Below the pieces are notes generated by a model, which saw nothing but the letters and a program-made list of their open reading frames with translations, made no database searches and was not told the DNA's origin. Position numbers and translations under genes: made by a program. A stretch of DNA of 64,000 nt from an uncultured delta proteobacterium. GTDB lineage: Bacteria > Desulfobacterota > Desulfomonilia > UBA1062. The DNA is taken from the NCBI GenBank assembly GCA_963798485.1, contig CAWCTR010000007.1, positions 544,001 to 608,000 on the forward strand. The letters are read 5' to 3'. This document shows positions 1-9,358 of the stretch, in pieces. Position 1 is the first letter of the stretch; every line of letters starts with the position of its first letter.

Positions 1-3000
1 GTTAGCTCATGCGGTACTGCAAGCCAGTCAGCCACGGTCATTGTGAGCCAGCCACCCATGGTGAATATGAGTGCAGTTCCGGGCACCATTGTTTCAGGAC
101 AGACATCGCAGTTGTCATGGACGTCCGCCAATGCAGCCACCCTCACCATAGACCAGGGCATCGGCTCTGTGATACCAAACGGCTCTCTTTCCGTATCACC
201 CGCAATCACCACGACCTATACCATAACTGCAACAGGACCTGGAGGCACAACGACCGCCACGGCCACGATCACCGTGTTCCAGCCTCCGCACGTGAGTATA
301 TCGGTTCAGCCCTTGACTATCATCGAAGGGGACAGTGCAACCCTCACATGGTCATCAGACCACGCAGACTCTGCATCTTTGGACAACGGTATAGGGTCTG
401 TCGATGTGAAGGGATCAATGCCGGTCTCGCCCACCGATACGGCCACTTACACTATAACGGTCCAGGGACCCGGCGGCACAGCCACGGCAAGCACCACCGT
501 CACCGTGCGCCATAAGCCCACCGTCACCATCACTGCATCTCCCAACCCTATCAATGCAGGCGATATAACTACCCTTACGTGGACCACTACCAATGCCGAT
601 TCCGCAACGATTGACTCAGGTATAGGGGATGTGGACGTCAATGGTTCCATGGATAGAGAAATCGACGACCCAGGGCCATTCACCTTTACCATTACCGTCA
701 CAGGTCCAGGCGGTACGGCAACAGCAAGCGTGACGGTAGAGGTGCTTGCACCTCCGGCGCAGAGGAACGCATATGCCTACTTTACGAACAGGAACAGCAA
801 TGATGTCTCGGTAGTGGATCTCACGATGAATGCGGTGATCTCACACATAGAAGTGGGATATGGCCCCTATGGTGTAGCCGTAAGCCCTGATGGTGATACG
901 GCCTATGTCACGAGCGCAGAGAAGGGGATATCCATTATCGATGCGGCTTCAAACACCATAACCAGGACGATACCAGTATTTGTGGACACCATCGCAGTAA
1001 GCCCTGACGGGAAAAGCCTTTATGGGGTGTCAATGAATGAAGGCATGCTCAAGGACATAGATATCGCCACAGGGGCGGTTGTGAAATCCATTGAAGCGGG
1101 CCCCACTCCTCATGGCATTACCGTAAACAACGAAGGTACGCGCATTTATGTGAGCTCACTCGATGACGGTAAGGTGAGGATCATCGATGCAACGACTTTG
1201 GGTGTGATCGCAGAGATAGTGGTAACAGAACCAGGCGATCCGATATGGGATGTTGAGGTGAGTCCATGCGGATCGAAAGTATATGCCGTTTCATCCAGAT
1301 TCTGCACGCTCTCCGTAATCGACGGTAAAACCAACTCAGTTATAGGAAGCCATCCCTATCATCCCTATTTAGGGGAAGGGGAATCGTTTATTTCCGAATG
1401 TCATATTGCAGTGAGCCCTTATGGGCAGATGATTGCGTTGAGCGATATCTCAATGTCAATAATGCCCAGGACAATATATCTCATCGACAGCCAGTCATTG
1501 GATGTTTTGAGTTGGTTCCCTGCCGTGGCTCCTTCTGATCTGACTTTCACTGCCGACGGATCGGTCATCTACTGCCCGGATAGCAGGATTAACGGGGTTT
1601 ATTTTGTAGACATGTGCGCCCAGTGGTTCGAAGGCACCATTGAAGGAGATTTCTCCGATCCAAGTACGTACGGGCATTTCATAGCAGAGCACAAGGAGAA
1701 GATATCAGGCAGGGTCGTATCGGATGGTTCGGGTGTTGAAGGAGTTGTTGTTTCTCTCTCGAATGATAATATAAATTTATGTGTTTCCTCAGACTCTCAG
1801 GGTCAGTACTTTTTCTATGCCACTCCGGGCCAGTATACCATTTCCTATTCCGGCAACGGATATGTCCTTTCCAATCAGAGTCAGGCGGTGGATGTTGAAG
1901 ACAAGGCGGTATCCATGCCGGATGTTGAGGTGCTGCTGGGTGTAAGGATGTGGGCCGAGCCTTATACGATCATCAACGGCGGGTCTACCGTGCTCCATTG
2001 GAACTCAGCCAAGGCTGCGGGCGTCACCATCGACCACGGCATCGGTGCTGTCGGTGCAAGCGGCTCTCTTGCCGTTTCGCCGGCTGGGACTTCGACATAC
2101 TCCATAACAGCGACCGATGCTCAGGGTATGACAGTAACGGACCATGTGACCATAACGGTGTATCAGCTTCCCACAGTGAGCATTACCGCCGATCCGCAGA
2201 CCATCATCCAGGGTCAGAGTGTAATCATATCATGGACAAGCGCTAATGCTGATACCGCATTCCTGGAGCGTATGGGAAGTAATGTTGGGGCATCGGGTTC
2301 CTTCATGGATGCCCCCTGGGAGACTACCACCTACACCATTACAGCTACCGGCCCTGGCGGAACTGCAACCGCATCCGTTACGGTAACCGTGTATGTTCCT
2401 CCAACGGTGACGATTACTGCAGATCCGTCCACCATCTACGCAGGTCAGTCCTCGACGTTGACCCGGACATCTACGGATGCGGATCAAGTGAGCATAGACA
2501 ACGGCATCGGCAACGTAGATCCGAATGGTTCCTTGGTGGTGAGCCCCACGCAGACAAGCACATACACAATAACCGCCACCGGACCGGGTGGTACTTCAAC
2601 CGCATCGGTGACAATAACCGTGAACAGTGTAATCAATATTACTATCGACTCGCCCACAAACGGTACAACCATCAACCGGCCCGATATCCTGGTGCGGGGT
2701 ACGGTGAGCAATGCGTACAATAACGAGACCGGCATCACCATCAATGGTACGCCTGCTGTCGTGTGCCAGGGCCGGTATTTTGTGAACCATGTGCCGCTTA
2801 CTGATGGGAGTAATACCATTACGGTGCATGCCATGGATACCCAGGGCAATTCACTCGATAAGACCATTGCGGTCACTGCAAACACCACACAGCCATACAT
2901 CACGCTCTCACCGGTCGATTCGTTTGGGATTGCGCCATTTGATACTAACCTTAATATCAATGCCGTCTTCACGCCGGACAGCTTGAGCTTCTCGGATACC

Positions 3001-3462
3001 AGCCAGGGGCAGATCCAGTATTTTGCCGGTACCGACCCAAATACGTGGACAGCCTCCATTCCCAGCTCTGGAGTCTATTATGTCACAGCCCAGGCGACTT
3101 ATAGCGGCTATACCTTTACCGATACCATCGGCGTGATTGCATACGACAAGGCATCACTGGATGCCATGCTCCGGCAGAAGTGGGAAGCTATGCGGACCGC
3201 TCTCTTGAATAACGACATCCAGGCTGCGGTGAAGGATATATCCAGCAGGACCCAGAGCAACTACCAGGATATCTTCAGCTCACTTACACCGGAGCATCGA
3301 GCCAGCCTCGTGGACGAGTTGGGGGATATCCAGCTCATTAATATGAGCGGCAACAAAGTTGAATACGATATTCAAACTATCCGGAATGGGACCCGCTATT
3401 CCTTCTACCTTCTCTTTGAGGTAGACGAAATGGATGGCAGGTGGAAGATCGCCAACTTCTAA
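1..3462 (+). CDS. Large secreted/surface multidomain protein (5'-partial): six ~80-aa Thr-rich Ig/PKD-like repeats, YVTN-type beta-propeller, carboxypeptidase-regulatory-like domain, glucodextranase-B-like Ig domain, alpha/beta C-terminal domain
   Basis: Frame +1 is open from base 1, so the true start lies upstream of the window. Repeated P.V.I.A.P..I..G...TL.W.S.NA....ID.GIG.V...GS..VSP..TTTYTITA.GPGGT modules; AYFTNRNSNDVSVVD and GPYGVAVSPDG propeller blades. Confidence 0.8.
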   Translation, partial: VSSCGTASQSATVIVSQPPMVNMSAVPGTIVSGQTSQLSWTSANAATLTIDQGIGSVIPNGSLSVSPAITTTYTITATGPGGTTTATATITVFQPPHVSISVQPLTIIEGDSATLTWSSDHADSASLDNGIGSVDVKGSMPVSPTDTATYTITVQGPGGTATASTTVTVRHKPTVTITASPNPINAGDITTLTWTTTNADSATIDSGIGDVDVNGSMDREIDDPGPFTFTITVTGPGGTATASVTVEVLAPPAQRNAYAYFTNRNSNDVSVVDLTMNAVISHIEVGYGPYGVAVSPDGDTAYVTSAEKGISIIDAASNTITRTIPVFVDTIAVSPDGKSLYGVSMNEGMLKDIDIATGAVVKSIEAGPTPHGITVNNEGTRIYVSSLDDGKVRIIDATTLGVIAEIVVTEPGDPIWDVEVSPCGSKVYAVSSRFCTLSVIDGKTNSVIGSHPYHPYLGEGESFISECHIAVSPYGQMIALSDISMSIMPRTIYLIDSQSLDVLSWFPAVAPSDLTFTADGSVIYCPDSRINGVYFVDMCAQWFEGTIEGDFSDPSTYGHFIAEHKEKISGRVVSDGSGVEGVVVSLSNDNINLCVSSDSQGQYFFYATPGQYTISYSGNGYVLSNQSQAVDVEDKAVSMPDVEVLLGVRMWAEPYTIINGGSTVLHWNSAKAAGVTIDHGIGAVGASGSLAVSPAGTSTYSITATDAQGMTVTDHVTITVYQLPTVSITADPQTIIQGQSVIISWTSANADTAFLERMGSNVGASGSFMDAPWETTTYTITATGPGGTATASVTVTVYVPPTVTITADPSTIYAGQSSTLTRTSTDADQVSIDNGIGNVDPNGSLVVSPTQTSTYTITATGPGGTSTASVTITVNSVINITIDSPTNGTTINRPDILVRGTVSNAYNNETGITINGTPAVVCQGRYFVNHVPLTDGSNTITVHAMDTQGNSLDKTIAVTANTTQPYITLSPVDSFGIAPFDTNLNINAVFTPDSLSFSDTSQGQIQYFAGTDPNTWTASIPSSGVYYVTAQATYSGYTFTDTIGVIAYDKASLDAMLRQKWEAMRTALLNNDIQAAVKDISSRTQSNYQDIFSSLTPEHRASLVDELGDIQLINMSGNKVEYDIQTIRNGTRYSFYLLFEVDEMDGRWKIANF

Positions 3463-3476
3463 AAAGGAAGGTGCAT

Positions 3477-4226
3477 ATGAAAACAGCAATCTGGGTTCAT
3501 ATATTGATAGTGTATTTGGTTCTTATCCCAGCTGTACTTTTTGGATTCGACATGCCTGGGCATGCGACCTTTCACGGCAAGGTGATCGACGCGGACACGC
3601 TTAAGCCTATAGAGGGCACGGTGGTGTATGCTCTATGGGAATCATGCCGCTCTGGGATAGGGAGCGGATCATGTCAGACAGGCATGGTAAAAGAAGTCCT
3701 CACTGATGCCAATGGAGAATGGCAGATAACAGGCCCGAAAGGGAATGATGATCCCGGGTTCCTTCGTTCGATACTTGGGTTCATCGTTCCCTGGAATGAG
3801 TCTCCTCGGATTGGATATTACAAGCCCGGGTACTTCCCCCGGTGGACGAAATTAGGCTGGTTCACATCATATGCATATGTGAATAAGACTGATAATTTGG
3901 AGGGAATCATATTATTCCGCATGGGAGATACAGAAGAAGAAAAGATTAGATTCATGAAACAATGGGGGGATTGTCATTGCTACCCTTTTATCCCAGTCAG
4001 AGATCCTGAACAGAGGCTACGTACCCTTGATTTTGATTTCCAGTATCCAGCAAATGTTAGACGCATACCCAGTGTTGATCTTAAAATGTTGTATGAAGTC
4101 ATAGGCCTCAAGCGGGCAGTAACACCTGAAGAGAAGAGGGATGCGAGAAGATTATTACCATCTACTGTTACAATCCAGTTGTGGAACCTGCCTTTGTTGA
4201 AGAAAGCACTTGATGATCATGATTGA
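3477..4226 (+). CDS. Secreted protein with N-terminal carboxypeptidase-regulatory-like (transthyretin-like) domain
   Basis: ATG at 3477 after aaggaagg; hydrophobic signal peptide; FHGKVIDADTLKPIEGTVVYALW...EVLTDANGEW...YYKPGY motif. Confidence 0.7.
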   Translation: MKTAIWVHILIVYLVLIPAVLFGFDMPGHATFHGKVIDADTLKPIEGTVVYALWESCRSGIGSGSCQTGMVKEVLTDANGEWQITGPKGNDDPGFLRSILGFIVPWNESPRIGYYKPGYFPRWTKLGWFTSYAYVNKTDNLEGIILFRMGDTEEEKIRFMKQWGDCHCYPFIPVRDPEQRLRTLDFDFQYPANVRRIPSVDLKMLYEVIGLKRAVTPEEKRDARRLLPSTVTIQLWNLPLLKKALDDHD

Positions 4227-4251
4227 TGCAATGGGAAGAGGAGGAAAGACC

Positions 4252-6489
4252 ATGTCTAGAAGGATTATATGTATAGTATTGGCGTCCATTATTCTCATAA
4301 CTTATGGAATAGAGTGTTGGGGTTATAATGGTGAAGAACATGCGGCAATAGACGATTGGATACTAGATAATTCAGTCGGGTTTGATATGGATGACTATGT
4401 ACGAAATAGCCTGGGGATAGATAGTGGGATGAGGGGAAAGAGCATACGATCTGTGAATATCCTCAATTGGTTGACCATTATCAACTATAATTCTCCCCAA
4501 GAACTGATTGCCCAGGGAGGTAAGGATGAGGATAGCCCTTTCTGGCGATGCAGGTATCACTTTCATGATCCTTTACAGCTTTGGGGCCAGGCTGGTTACC
4601 ATTACTCAGGTATTAGTGCTGACTCATCCATAATCTGGGCGCAGAAGAATAAAGGCGAACAGTCCTTCTGGAACGGTGGCAATTACAGCTGGTATGACGC
4701 ACGGGATTACTTTTACAAAGCCCTCACTGGAACCGATGCTGATCAGAGGAATAGCGATCTTTATTCCACTTTCCTTGCAGTTGGCCACCTCATGCACCTG
4801 ATCCAGGACAGCTCCTGCCCCGAGCATGTACGAAATGATTCACATGGAGTTAGTAAAAGTGTGTTTGAAAAATTGCTGACATACTATAATGATGGAAATA
4901 AAGTAATTGAGTATTCTAAGTTCCAGGGATGGCTCCAAAGCGGTCAGAACTATAACTACCCCTTCTTCAACGCACTCTTCCCTGCATCACTGCTTGGCCT
5001 CGACACCCTTCCTTCCAATGCACGGATTCCCATAGCCAGGATAGTTGATACGGACAGGTATACAGGCGACAATCCTAATGTCACCTTGGATCCATTGATC
5101 GGCCTGGCGGAATTCACCAATGCAAACTTCCTCAGCCAGGGTAGGATCTTCGAAGGGTATGACTATCCGAACAAAGACAGCAGCGTGACGAAAGAGGTCT
5201 ATGAAATAGCCGATCCAAGGAATAATGGATCAAATATAGAACGAGAATACCTGAAGAAAACCGGTAACGGCGCCACCGGATACAGGCTCAGCACGACATC
5301 CATTACCGGGGCATATCAAACTGATCTCCTCGACCCTATCAAAATCTATAGGGTGAGCGCCTTAGATAACAATGTACTGGAAGACTATGCTGCGCAATTG
5401 ATACCTCGTGCTGAAAACTATTCCGCTGCGCTGCTCAATTATTTCTTCCGGGGCACCATGGAGATCACACTGCCGCCAAACGGACTATATACCTCCAGGG
5501 ATACCGAGCCCGGTGACCCAACAACACAGGGTTTCAACAAGGTGAATCTGCTCGTTAGAAACACTACCAGCACCGGCGAGCAGATGCTGGGAGGTGAGAT
5601 CGATCTGGTCGTCCAGTACAGGTTTTTGACGGACAGTGAGAATGGCGGCGTCCCAAAGAATCCTTTTATAAGTGATACGTATGCCGGTCTTCCTGGCGAT
5701 ATGTCTCATTTCCATCCATCAAAACCCCAGTATATCGTGGTGAAAAATACTATCGATAAAGGTAAAATCGATTCAGTTACTCCGTACCCTCTGGAGTTTG
5801 ACCTCAGCGGCCAGGAAATTCCACTTTGGGCCGTGGATGTGAGGTTCTTTGTCGTATACAAGGGGGATCTGGGTAAAGATGGGGATGGAGAATATGTGGA
5901 AAAAGATGCCATTTGCGTGGGATTTAAAGACGTCTCAGAGCCTACGCCGATCGTTTTTGGCAACAGCGATGATATATTTTGCTATAATGGAACATGGGTT
6001 TATGACCTGAACATTCAACAAAATCTTGATAATTTTAAAGAAGCTAATAAAGACAATCCCTGTATTCAAGACATGACTTCAGATGCTATCCTGAATCTGA
6101 GCATCAGCTTCTCGCCAAATGGAATGACACCCGTTCACTATGGTACCGTTGATGAAATCGATCCAGGTCAATATCAAAGGATGTACGTGATCACCGATTA
6201 TGATGCCACACTCAATTATTATTCAAATTCTTTTTCCCAGCCAAGCAATACTGAAAATAAATTCGGGCTGAGAAACGGAATGGAGAACATAAATAATACA
6301 CTCACATGGATCTATCCAACATTCATTGATAAATATAGGGGCATAGAACAATGGAGTGGGAGTTTTTTTGTACAATGGTGCGCGAGTTGTCTCGATAGTA
6401 GTAACTGTGAGGGATGTGACGATAACGCCATAAATAAAGACCTTGTGCCTTGTCCTATTTGTATCTTGACCCCTACGACAACACCATAA
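4252..6489 (+). CDS. Secreted Zn-dependent phospholipase C / S1-P1 nuclease-like protein with long, Cys-rich C-terminal extension
   Basis: SD gaggagga before ATG 4252; signal peptide followed by WGYNGEEH; GGKDED, YHFHDP, GHLMHLIQD, PEHVRNDSH and FE motifs match the trinuclear-Zn ligand pattern. Confidence 0.65.
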   Translation: MSRRIICIVLASIILITYGIECWGYNGEEHAAIDDWILDNSVGFDMDDYVRNSLGIDSGMRGKSIRSVNILNWLTIINYNSPQELIAQGGKDEDSPFWRCRYHFHDPLQLWGQAGYHYSGISADSSIIWAQKNKGEQSFWNGGNYSWYDARDYFYKALTGTDADQRNSDLYSTFLAVGHLMHLIQDSSCPEHVRNDSHGVSKSVFEKLLTYYNDGNKVIEYSKFQGWLQSGQNYNYPFFNALFPASLLGLDTLPSNARIPIARIVDTDRYTGDNPNVTLDPLIGLAEFTNANFLSQGRIFEGYDYPNKDSSVTKEVYEIADPRNNGSNIEREYLKKTGNGATGYRLSTTSITGAYQTDLLDPIKIYRVSALDNNVLEDYAAQLIPRAENYSAALLNYFFRGTMEITLPPNGLYTSRDTEPGDPTTQGFNKVNLLVRNTTSTGEQMLGGEIDLVVQYRFLTDSENGGVPKNPFISDTYAGLPGDMSHFHPSKPQYIVVKNTIDKGKIDSVTPYPLEFDLSGQEIPLWAVDVRFFVVYKGDLGKDGDGEYVEKDAICVGFKDVSEPTPIVFGNSDDIFCYNGTWVYDLNIQQNLDNFKEANKDNPCIQDMTSDAILNLSISFSPNGMTPVHYGTVDEIDPGQYQRMYVITDYDATLNYYSNSFSQPSNTENKFGLRNGMENINNTLTWIYPTFIDKYRGIEQWSGSFFVQWCASCLDSSNCEGCDDNAINKDLVPCPICILTPTTTP

Positions 6490-6555
6490 GGGGCCGGAAT
6501 TCTTTTCAAAGGGAAAAGGGGACATATTTCTATTTAGTAATATCTCTCCTCACAC

Positions 6556-7566
6556 TCAATTCTTTTTCGCGAACTGTTCGTATTCCAGGACATCGTCCTT
6601 GGAACCGATGATGAGCGGCACCCGCTGGTGCAATGCCGTAGGCTTGATGCCCAGGATCGGCTCATAGCCTGTCGATGCATACCCCCCTGCCTGCTCGGCT
6701 ATGAATGCCAGCGGGTTGGCCTCGTAGAGGAGCCTGAGTTTGCCCGTGGGTTTCTTGGGGTCTTTGGTGTCTTCCGGGTAGAGGAAGATGCCGCCCTTGA
6801 GGAGATTCCTGTGGAAGTCCGCCACCAGCGAGCCGATATAGCGCGATGAATACGGCTTCTTCAGGGTGTTTTTCTCGGATTTCAGGTAGTCGATATATTC
6901 CTTGGTGCCGGGCTTCCAGTAGGGGCAGTTGCCCTCGTTTGTGCTGTAGATCTTTCCGCGCTTGGGCATGGTGATGTTGGGGTGCGACAGAATGAATTCG
7001 CCCACGCTCGGGTCCAGGCTGAAGCCGTTGACCCCGTTGCCTGTGGAATAGACAAGGATAGTGCTGGAGCTGTAGATGATGTACCCGGCGCCAAAAAGCT
7101 TGTGTCCGGGCTGGAGGCAGTCATTCAGGGTGCCGTTGCCGCTTTCGGTGACCCTCTTGTAGATGCCGAAGATGGTGCCGATGGACACATTCACATCGAT
7201 GTTGGTGGAACCGTCCAAGGGGTCGAACATCACCACGTAGTCGCCCTTGGGGTAATCATCGGGTATTCTGATCATGTCCGGTTCTTCTTCCGAGGCCATG
7301 ACGCAGACCTTACCGATATAGTTCAGGGCATTGATGAAGACCTTGTTGGCATACACATCAAGTTTCTGAACCTCTTCACCCTGGATGTTTGTCTTGCCGG
7401 TCCTCCCGAGGATATCCTCCACGAGGCCTGCATGGGCAACCTGTGCAGCTACGACCTTGGCGGCGAAGATGATCTGGCTTAAGATTGAGCTGAAGTCTCC
7501 CTTGCCCCCGTACCTGCGCTGTTCATCCATGATATGGCGGTCCAGGGAGATGATGTTGTCGTTCAT
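6556..7566 (-). CDS. fbp: Fructose-1,6-bisphosphatase class 1
   Basis: GEEVQKLDV, FDPLDGSTNIDVN, RYIGSLVADFHR and GKLRLLYEANP motifs; start MNDNII after aaggggg SD. Confidence 0.97.
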   Translation of the reverse strand: MNDNIISLDRHIMDEQRRYGGKGDFSSILSQIIFAAKVVAAQVAHAGLVEDILGRTGKTNIQGEEVQKLDVYANKVFINALNYIGKVCVMASEEEPDMIRIPDDYPKGDYVVMFDPLDGSTNIDVNVSIGTIFGIYKRVTESGNGTLNDCLQPGHKLFGAGYIIYSSSTILVYSTGNGVNGFSLDPSVGEFILSHPNITMPKRGKIYSTNEGNCPYWKPGTKEYIDYLKSEKNTLKKPYSSRYIGSLVADFHRNLLKGGIFLYPEDTKDPKKPTGKLRLLYEANPLAFIAEQAGGYASTGYEPILGIKPTALHQRVPLIIGSKDDVLEYEQFAKKN

Positions 7567-7621
7567 AGTGCCCCCTTGTGCGTAAAGATGATGGTAGTAA
7601 AAGATTTTGCGAACACCGATC

Positions 7622-7650
7622 ATGATATCTTTAAGCGCTCGAAAAATCAA
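7622..7650 (-). promoter_or_regulatory. Putative sigma70 promoter of fbp
   Basis: Minus strand TTGATT-N17-TATCAT. Confidence 0.45.
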
Positions 7651-7683
7651 GTCGGCACTTAATATTTTTCTCTAAAGAAATTA

Positions 7684-9148
7684 CTGGAGTTTCCTGAGTT
7701 TTCAAATTAACCCCACTCACTCCAGGAAGCTGAAGCACAGTTGGAACTCGGGATATTTTGGTTTTGCCGTCTTGTTGAATCCGGTTTTATCGGAGAAGAG
7801 GAGCTTATAGAGCCCATCAGCGATGGCATAATTGAAAAAGGTGGGGATGCCGAAGAACCTCTTGGATACGATATACACTCTCTCAACCAGCATTTTGAGT
7901 CTCAGGTTATCCCCTAAATATACTGCCGCGAAATAGCTGACGGCAAGGACAAGGACCACCATGTTCCGGATACTGGTGTAATGGCGCACCCGGATATCTT
8001 CAAGATTGTAGCACTGCTTGATGTACCTGAAGGATTCATCGCATTTCCAGCGGGTGAGGTATATCTCAATGATTCTCCAGATGGTCTCGCGGTCCTTCAG
8101 GTGAACCGGGCAGCTTGTCAAAAGCATCATCGGCTCCTTGCCGAACCCTTTCGCCACCACGAGAAACAACGGAGCATCATGGCCGGGTAGTTTCACCGCC
8201 ACGGCATTGTAGAAAACGCTTGCCTGGCGTTCTTTCCCTTCCTCATACTTGATCATGACCGCTTCATGCGGACAGGGCAAGGCCGTGGCAAGAAAGTGAC
8301 AATTCTTTTTGACGCCTTTATGGATGAGATCTCTGTTCTTCTTAAGACGGATCACAAACCGCTTCGCCTTCCCCTTTTCAAGAAATTTGTCATAGAGCTT
8401 ACCCCTGTCCCCTCCGCGGTCGATGGCATAGATACCTTTGCTCCCCACATGGGCGCTCACGGTGTCGATCACTTTGAAGAGCTGATCGTTCTCGCTCTTG
8501 AAATCCTCGGCTTCCTGCGAATATGCCTCCAGGTACAACGGTATCACCTTCTTATGCTCAATGTCCGCGGCCACCCCTTTGCAGAGCCAGTACCCCTCAC
8601 CAATCTCATGTTCACTTCCATCATGTACCTTGCAGAGACACTCCATCTTCGAGGCATACTTCTTACGGATATCTCCAGGATCTATGGCTATCACCATATC
8701 ATCAAGCACCTTCGTGCTCCCAAGGCGGCATATCTCATGGTTGATCGCATCCGTAAAATCCCGATCATCCAGATTCCTCGATAACCGGTCCTCCGTCTTG
8801 ATCAGGGGTATGGCCTCATTCAGGCTACGACTCACACTGGACAACTTGATATCCTTCCCGGCCTGTATCCCATACACCATCTCTCGAATGAGCTTCTGCT
8901 TCGACTTGGGTAATCCCTTGGAAATGATTCCTGAGAATCTCGTTATCTGCCCTTTTATATCCGCTGCTATCCTGGAGTTCCCGGCCATATCGTCTCCATC
9001 TCCTGTATGTGACGCTACTTTCTACCATATCAGCCGGTGAATCTCAGGAATCTTTTACGCTTAGACGTTGTTATCTTGATAAAATAAGCTTCTTACTTTA
9101 TTTCAATAGGTTATCTACTGTTCAGTGATAAAACTCAGGAAACTCCAG
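7684..9148 (-). mobile_element. Complete IS4-family insertion sequence (1465 bp)
   Basis: Perfect 19-bp TIRs ctggagtttcctgagtttt (7684-7702) and aaaactcaggaaactccag (9130-9148); 11-bp target duplication taaagaaatta at 7673-7683 and 9149-9159. Confidence 0.93.
7717..8988 (-). CDS. IS4-family DDE transposase
   Basis: IAID, IDRGGD and YLTRWKCDESFRYIKQ (Y-2-R-3-E-6-K-like) motifs; lies inside the TIRs. Confidence 0.92.
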   Translation of the reverse strand: MAGNSRIAADIKGQITRFSGIISKGLPKSKQKLIREMVYGIQAGKDIKLSSVSRSLNEAIPLIKTEDRLSRNLDDRDFTDAINHEICRLGSTKVLDDMVIAIDPGDIRKKYASKMECLCKVHDGSEHEIGEGYWLCKGVAADIEHKKVIPLYLEAYSQEAEDFKSENDQLFKVIDTVSAHVGSKGIYAIDRGGDRGKLYDKFLEKGKAKRFVIRLKKNRDLIHKGVKKNCHFLATALPCPHEAVMIKYEEGKERQASVFYNAVAVKLPGHDAPLFLVVAKGFGKEPMMLLTSCPVHLKDRETIWRIIEIYLTRWKCDESFRYIKQCYNLEDIRVRHYTSIRNMVVLVLAVSYFAAVYLGDNLRLKMLVERVYIVSKRFFGIPTFFNYAIADGLYKLLFSDKTGFNKTAKPKYPEFQLCFSFLE

Positions 9149-9162
9149 TAAAGAAATTAGGG

Positions 9163-9196
9163 TTGACAACCGATATGTTTCTATATATAGAAACAT
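9163..9196 (+). promoter_or_regulatory. trp operon sigma70 promoter with overlapping 22-bp palindrome (putative operator)
   Basis: TTGACA 9163-9168, 17-bp spacer, TATAGA 9186-9191; perfect palindrome atgtttctatatatagaaacat at 9175-9196. Confidence 0.7.
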
Positions 9197-9197
9197 C

Positions 9198-9281
9198 ATG
9201 ACGAGAAAGAATGCGACATCAAAGACAATCAGGTGGTGGTGGCGCACCATGAATAAAGGTATACGGGGAGGTTTGCCTTAG
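9198..9281 (+). CDS. trpL: trp attenuator leader peptide MTRKNATSKTIRWWWRTMNKGIRGGLP (27 aa)
   Basis: Three tandem TGG codons directly upstream of the antiterminator/terminator pair and trpE; below the ORF-track length cut-off. Confidence 0.9.
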   Translation: MTRKNATSKTIRWWWRTMNKGIRGGLP

Positions 9282-9341
9282 GGGTTTAAGTTTAGCCACA
9301 TGTCAGAGCGGTAAGCCTCCCAATGGCTTGCCGTTTTTTTT
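9266..9341 (+). terminator. trp attenuator: antiterminator plus intrinsic terminator
   Basis: Terminator stem cggtaagcc (9309-9317) / ggcttgccg (9325-9333) followed by T8. Antiterminator gggaggtttgcc (9266-9277) pairs with ggtaagcctccc (9310-9321) using two G-U pairs. Confidence 0.88.
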
Positions 9342-9358
9342 ATACTTTGGAGAAAACT

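Noticed and set aside
43-2630. CRISPR array or DGR-like repeats in the first gene
   Set aside because: The repeats are diverged protein-domain repeats with no identical spaced DNA units; no cas or reverse transcriptase gene is in the window.
6505-6550. aaaaggggacatatttctattt as a mobile-element end
   Set aside because: Only a degenerate inverted partner and no second copy in the window.
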